A DNA stretch of 64,000 nucleotides from NCBI RefSeq assembly GCF_000143415.4, contig NW_003314379.1:310001-374000 (forward strand). Reading direction: 5' to 3'. Origin of the DNA: Selaginella moellendorffii. Taxonomy: Eukaryota; Plantae; Lycopodiophyta. Under the pieces are notes generated by a model that was not told the DNA's origin, did no database searches, and was given only the letters and a program-made list of their open reading frames with translations. Below are positions 62,823-64,000 of this stretch, piece after piece (the stretch's first letter is position 1; each line of letters begins with the position of its first letter). The translations under genes were made by a program, and so were the position numbers.

Positions 62823-63528
62823 TCCACCTCGGACTCCATATCGGGTCCATCTCGGACTCCACCTCAGACTCCATATCGGGTCCATCTCGGACTCCATCTC
62901 GAACTCCATTTTGGGTCCATCTCGGGTCCACCTCGGACTCCACCTCGAGCTCCATATTGGGTCCATCTCGGACTCCATCTCGGGTCCATCTCGGACTCCA
63001 TCTCGGACTCCACCTCGGACTCCATATCGGGTCCATCTCGGACTCCATATCGGGTCCATCTCGGACTCCATTTTGGGTCCATCTCGGGTCCACCTCAGAC
63101 ACTTCCACGTGTCATGTGTTGGTCCTTTTGGGTCCCTTTTTGGAGCCTCGCCTATGGCTCGCTTCGTGCTCACCTCGAGCTCCATATTGGGTCCATCTCG
63201 GACTCCATCTCGGGTCCATCTCGGACTCCACCTCGGACTCCATATCGGGTCCATCTCGGACTCCATTTTGGGTCCATCTCGGGTCCACCTCAGACACTTC
63301 CACGTGTCATGTGTTGGTCCTTTTGGGTCCCTTTTTGGAGCCTCGCCTATGGCTCGCTTCGTGCTCATTCCTCGAGCACTTCGTTGGGAGTTCCACTCCC
63401 GCTCTTGACTTTTTCAAGTCGGAGCTTTTGGTCCAAACGTGTTACACTCGTTTGGCTCTCGCTTCGGCCACTACCACGTGGCGCCCTTTCCGGCTCTACT
63501 TTGGGGCCTAGGGATTTTGTGTCTCACA

Positions 63529-64000
63529 CTGAGTTTGGACTTCCCGGGAGGTCACCCAGCCTAGTACTATTCAAACCCAAGGACGCTTAACCCCAAATAT
63601 CCCAAGACCCTTAACCGATTGGAAAAGGGGGTGCACTCTTGTTCATAAGCCCTTTCCCTCTATATTTGAACCCCAACAGATCGTCTCTCGAGTCGTTCCC
63701 TTTTGTTGCTTACAATCCACCACGCTTCCCTGCAAGTTCACGCCCTCGTGAACGGAAGCTGAGAGCTGTAGCTCTCCCGAGAGCCCCGTTCTCTTGACAC
63801 CCTACCCCTCGGGTCGAGCCCAGCGGGAGCAAACTGAACCAGCCAGATGTCAATCAACATGTGGTGTGATTCCCCTAGCCAACCAACAGAGTCGGACCTG
63901 AGACCCCTCTGATACCAAATGTAAGCTCCTGAGTTTGGACTTCCCGGGAGGTCACCCAGCCCAGTACTATTCAAACCTAAGAACGCTTAACTCCAACTAT
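63529..64000 (-). mobile_element. Cassandra-like TRIM module in the 5' LTR of element B
   Basis: LTR remainder 63529-63714, internal region 63715-63919 with PBS, and the next LTR from 63920. The 5S-like segment is at 63537-63591. Confidence 0.88.

Larger units (their letters stand above)
47817..63528 (-). mobile_element. LARD family A, copy A3 (hosts A4)
   Basis: LTRs at 47817-49662 and 53807-55038 plus 62823-63528. PBS TGGTATCGAAGC next to 53807, PPT next to 49662 and perfect TSD CTGAG. The 4.1-kb internal region has no recognisable retroelement ORF. Confidence 0.93.
41963..64000 (-). mobile_element. Ty3/gypsy chromovirus (same family as C), copy B, with composite Cassandra-derived LTRs; the 5' LTR is split by LARD A3 and runs off the window
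   Basis: 3' LTR at 41963-42549, PPT ATGGGTGGTGGAGT, gag-pol 47704->42951 and PBS TGGTATCGGAGC (47789-47800). The 5' LTR is 47803-47816 plus 63529->64000, split with TSD CTGAG. Confidence 0.92.

Noticed and set aside
63537-63591. 5S rRNA gene
   Set aside because: Only about 55 nt covering the internal promoter match. The 5' and 3' stems are missing and the segment sits inside an LTR.

Overview
This is plant nuclear DNA. The 50-75 nt introns and gene content suggest the lycophyte Selaginella, which is an inference. The left end holds a head-to-head gene pair: the mitochondrial complex I 75-kDa subunit (- strand) and a TTC38-like TPR gene (+ strand). A 2.5-kb non-autonomous Helitron carrying a polygalacturonase fragment follows. 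The middle holds a GRAS (LISCL/SCL14-like) gene with one premature stop and several F-box/kelch pseudogenes. Most of the rest is two deeply nested LTR-retrotransposon clusters (about 7.2-30.9 kb and 38.9-64 kb), whose insertion order can be read from target-site duplications (TSDs). The main discovery is a retroelement consortium built around one Ty3/gypsy chromovirus family, present in two copies (13407-21111 + and 41963->64000 -). (1) Both copies carry two short GT-AG intron-like insertions inside integrase, and removing them restores the conserved motifs. (2) In the second copy the normal 1.1-kb LTR is replaced by a composite LTR: about 65 bp of the native LTR fused to a nearly complete 5S-rRNA-bearing Cassandra-like TRIM. 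This points to the chromovirus as the autonomous partner of Cassandra. (3) An ORF-less LARD family, with four large copies, shares the chromovirus PBS, PPT, LTR 3' end and a pair of tRNA T-arm/B-box hairpins. All comparisons were made by eye; no database searches were run.
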